Shown here one piece after another: positions 57,218 through 59,103 of a DNA stretch of 59,103 nt. The translations under genes were made by a program, and so were the position numbers. A model generated the notes under the pieces. The model ran no database searches and was not told where the DNA came from. It was given only the letters and a program-made list of their open reading frames with translations. Origin of the DNA: Atractiella rhizophila (taxonomy: Eukaryota); the NCBI GenBank assembly GCA_021432655.1, contig MU271442.1, forward strand, positions 1 through 59,103. The letters are read 5' to 3'. Each line of letters opens with the position of its first letter. The first letter of the stretch is position 1.

Positions 57218-59103
57218 CTATAATACGAGCAATTGAGCGAGCTCCGCCTCCGTCTGAGCTACTTCGAGTGCTTGTTTCACTTCCAAGTGCCTCCTAGCTT
57301 CATTCAACCAGTCATGTGCCAAAACTTTGGGCCATCCTTGCAATCCATTCACTTCCCGAACCGCACTCGCAAGGTCTCGTCGAACAAGGTGCCACTCAGC
57401 ACGAGCTAGCCGTGCGCTGACATCCTCGCCTTCCGTGTACCCTTCTTTCTTGAAGAGAAGCGGGGAAAGGGTGACCGAAGTGAGGTAGGAGACAAGACCC
57501 CCGTCAGTGGGGAAGAGGGCCGCGCGTCGGATGGCTGGTGACAGAGAATGGGTGAAGCGAGAAACGAGGTCAGGGAAAGGTGTCAGTCCCCGAGTCTGGA
57601 CAGTGGATGGGATGCTGGAAACAGAAAGAGAGATGAGGTCTTCAGTCCGAGAGGATGACGTTGACGAATCCGAATCTGATTCTGAAGACTTAGACAGGAT
57701 GGGATTGCTCGAAGCAAGGTGATTGAGCTGACGAAGCTCTTGCTCGAAGGGTCGCTGGACACCTCCTTCCAGGGCGGCGACGAGAACGTTTCGAACGGAC
57801 GTCCAAATCTTCTGTGCGACCATGTTTTGATTGAGTGCTTGAGAGTTCTCGAGCGTGAGATTCTCCAGATTCTTGAGTCCGACTTGCAACTCCTTCAGCT
57901 TTGACAACTTGCCTCCTCGCTCTTGCTCCACTTTCACCTTGATCTCCCTTAGCCACCGCCGTTGAAGTTCAATTCCTTTCGACACGATCTCCTCCTTTAA
58001 GCGTTCGTTGATGATTTGCTTTTGGACGTCCAGCTCCGCCTCCAACTTAGTCCGATAGCTGTTTAACATGACCTCCCTCTCCTGATCAAAAGCGTTCTTC
58101 CATCCCTCTTCCATCTTATCTAAACCCTCAATAGCAGACATCTCCTGCTTCGCCAACATGTCAGAATACTGGGCGGCTTGCGATTCTAGCTGTTTTTCCA
58201 GTTTCTCGCTCTCTTCCTTCTTGATCCTCTCCATTCGTTCGGTCAAGTTCTTCAGATCATTCCGAGCAGCCTCGACGACTCCAACGACAGATGATGAGTG
58301 GACAGGGTTGGAGTTGAGAAAGTTGGTGAGATTATCAATGGTCGAAGCAATCTGACCAACGAGAGGCTCGGAAACAGCAATACCTTGAATCTCGGGAGCT
58401 ATGAGAGGAAGTTTGGGGACCTCAGTTTTAGGAGCATCAGGCGAAGCGCTGACATCTCGTTTAGGAACGAAACCTGCGTAACCAGGAGGTGCTTCATATC
58501 CTAATGGTAAACGTCAGCTTGGATTTATGGTCTTAAAGGGAGACTGCAAACCGATGGGGATAGCGGCTCGATAGGGCTCCTTGGCTGGTCCTTTACGAGA
58601 AGGCAGGGGATGCCCATCGACATCTTTCCGAACACCTTGTGGTGCGGCTGTGGGTTGTACTTCGGGTGCCTTGAAATCGTCAATGACTTCTTCTGCTTTG
58701 TGGACCAGGTCCGAAAGGTCATCTTTGACTGCTTGTGACCCATTTGAGGCTACGTCCGAAACACTTGCGGGTATAGTCGTCGCGGCCGAAGCTGTCGTCT
58801 GAACTGCTTTCTGGGGGATAACGCTTTTGACCGCATCCTTAGCCTTCGTCGCTTGTGTCTTCACAGTGGCCCCAACGCTTTCAATTTTCTCAACGGCCCT
58901 CTTCCTCAACTCTTCCTCGGTCTCCAGAGCTTTTTGCGCCTCTGCTTTCACAGCGGCTGCCGCCTGTTCAGCCTTTCTCTTGGCTTGCCTCTCCTTATCT
59001 TCTCTGACTTTCCTGTCCTGCTCTTCCCTCTTCCTACGAGCCGCTTCCTGCTCCTCAAGCGAGACTACCTTCCGTTCGATCGTCTGAGCCTGATCCCTAG
59101 TGC
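57218..59103 (-). CDS. MIC60: MICOS subunit Mic60 / mitofilin (5' end lies beyond the window)
   Basis: PIG|YEAPPGY, long coiled coil, GIELQRRW...IKVKVEQERGGKLSKL, mitofilin domain GGLVSYLTS...LLFKKEG...GEDVSARLARAEWHL..RDL.SAVREVNGLQGWPKVLAHDWL.EARRHLEVKQALEV. Confidence 0.95.

Overview
Gene-dense fungal nuclear DNA, most likely a basidiomycete; Pucciniomycotina is my inference from the ~45-60 nt introns and an apparently retained CENP-K. By splicing the ORF fragments by hand I reconstruct 25 protein-coding genes plus one tRNA-Leu(UAG). In order: YbjQ/UPF0145-domain SP-rich protein (5' partial), small orphan, CENP-K-like kinetochore protein, conserved unknown protein with a SAM-like N-terminus, alpha-actinin, VID27, MFS transporter, small orphan, KAR5/Tht1, TLG2, tRNA-Leu, ALE1 (MBOAT), F-box-like protein with an apparent frameshift, Ser/Thr-rich single-pass surface protein, HSL-family esterase, GH17 glucanase-like protein, amidohydrolase, PX-PB1 protein, PY-motif orphan, Pcl/Clg1-type cyclin, large low-complexity protein, PMU1-like phosphatase, POF1-like NMN adenylyltransferase, CWF19, PP2C (Ptc2/3) and MIC60 (5' end outside the window). 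I see no transposon, CRISPR array, rRNA or biosynthetic gene cluster, and no clearly new multi-gene system. The best leads are the CENP-K candidate, a GH17 with Gln at the catalytic nucleophile, an SH3-less PX-PB1 protein, the YbjQ fusion, and relaxed splice-site use (four GC-AG introns, many AAG acceptors, a start codon split by an intron). All homology calls come from motif recognition by eye; no database search was run.
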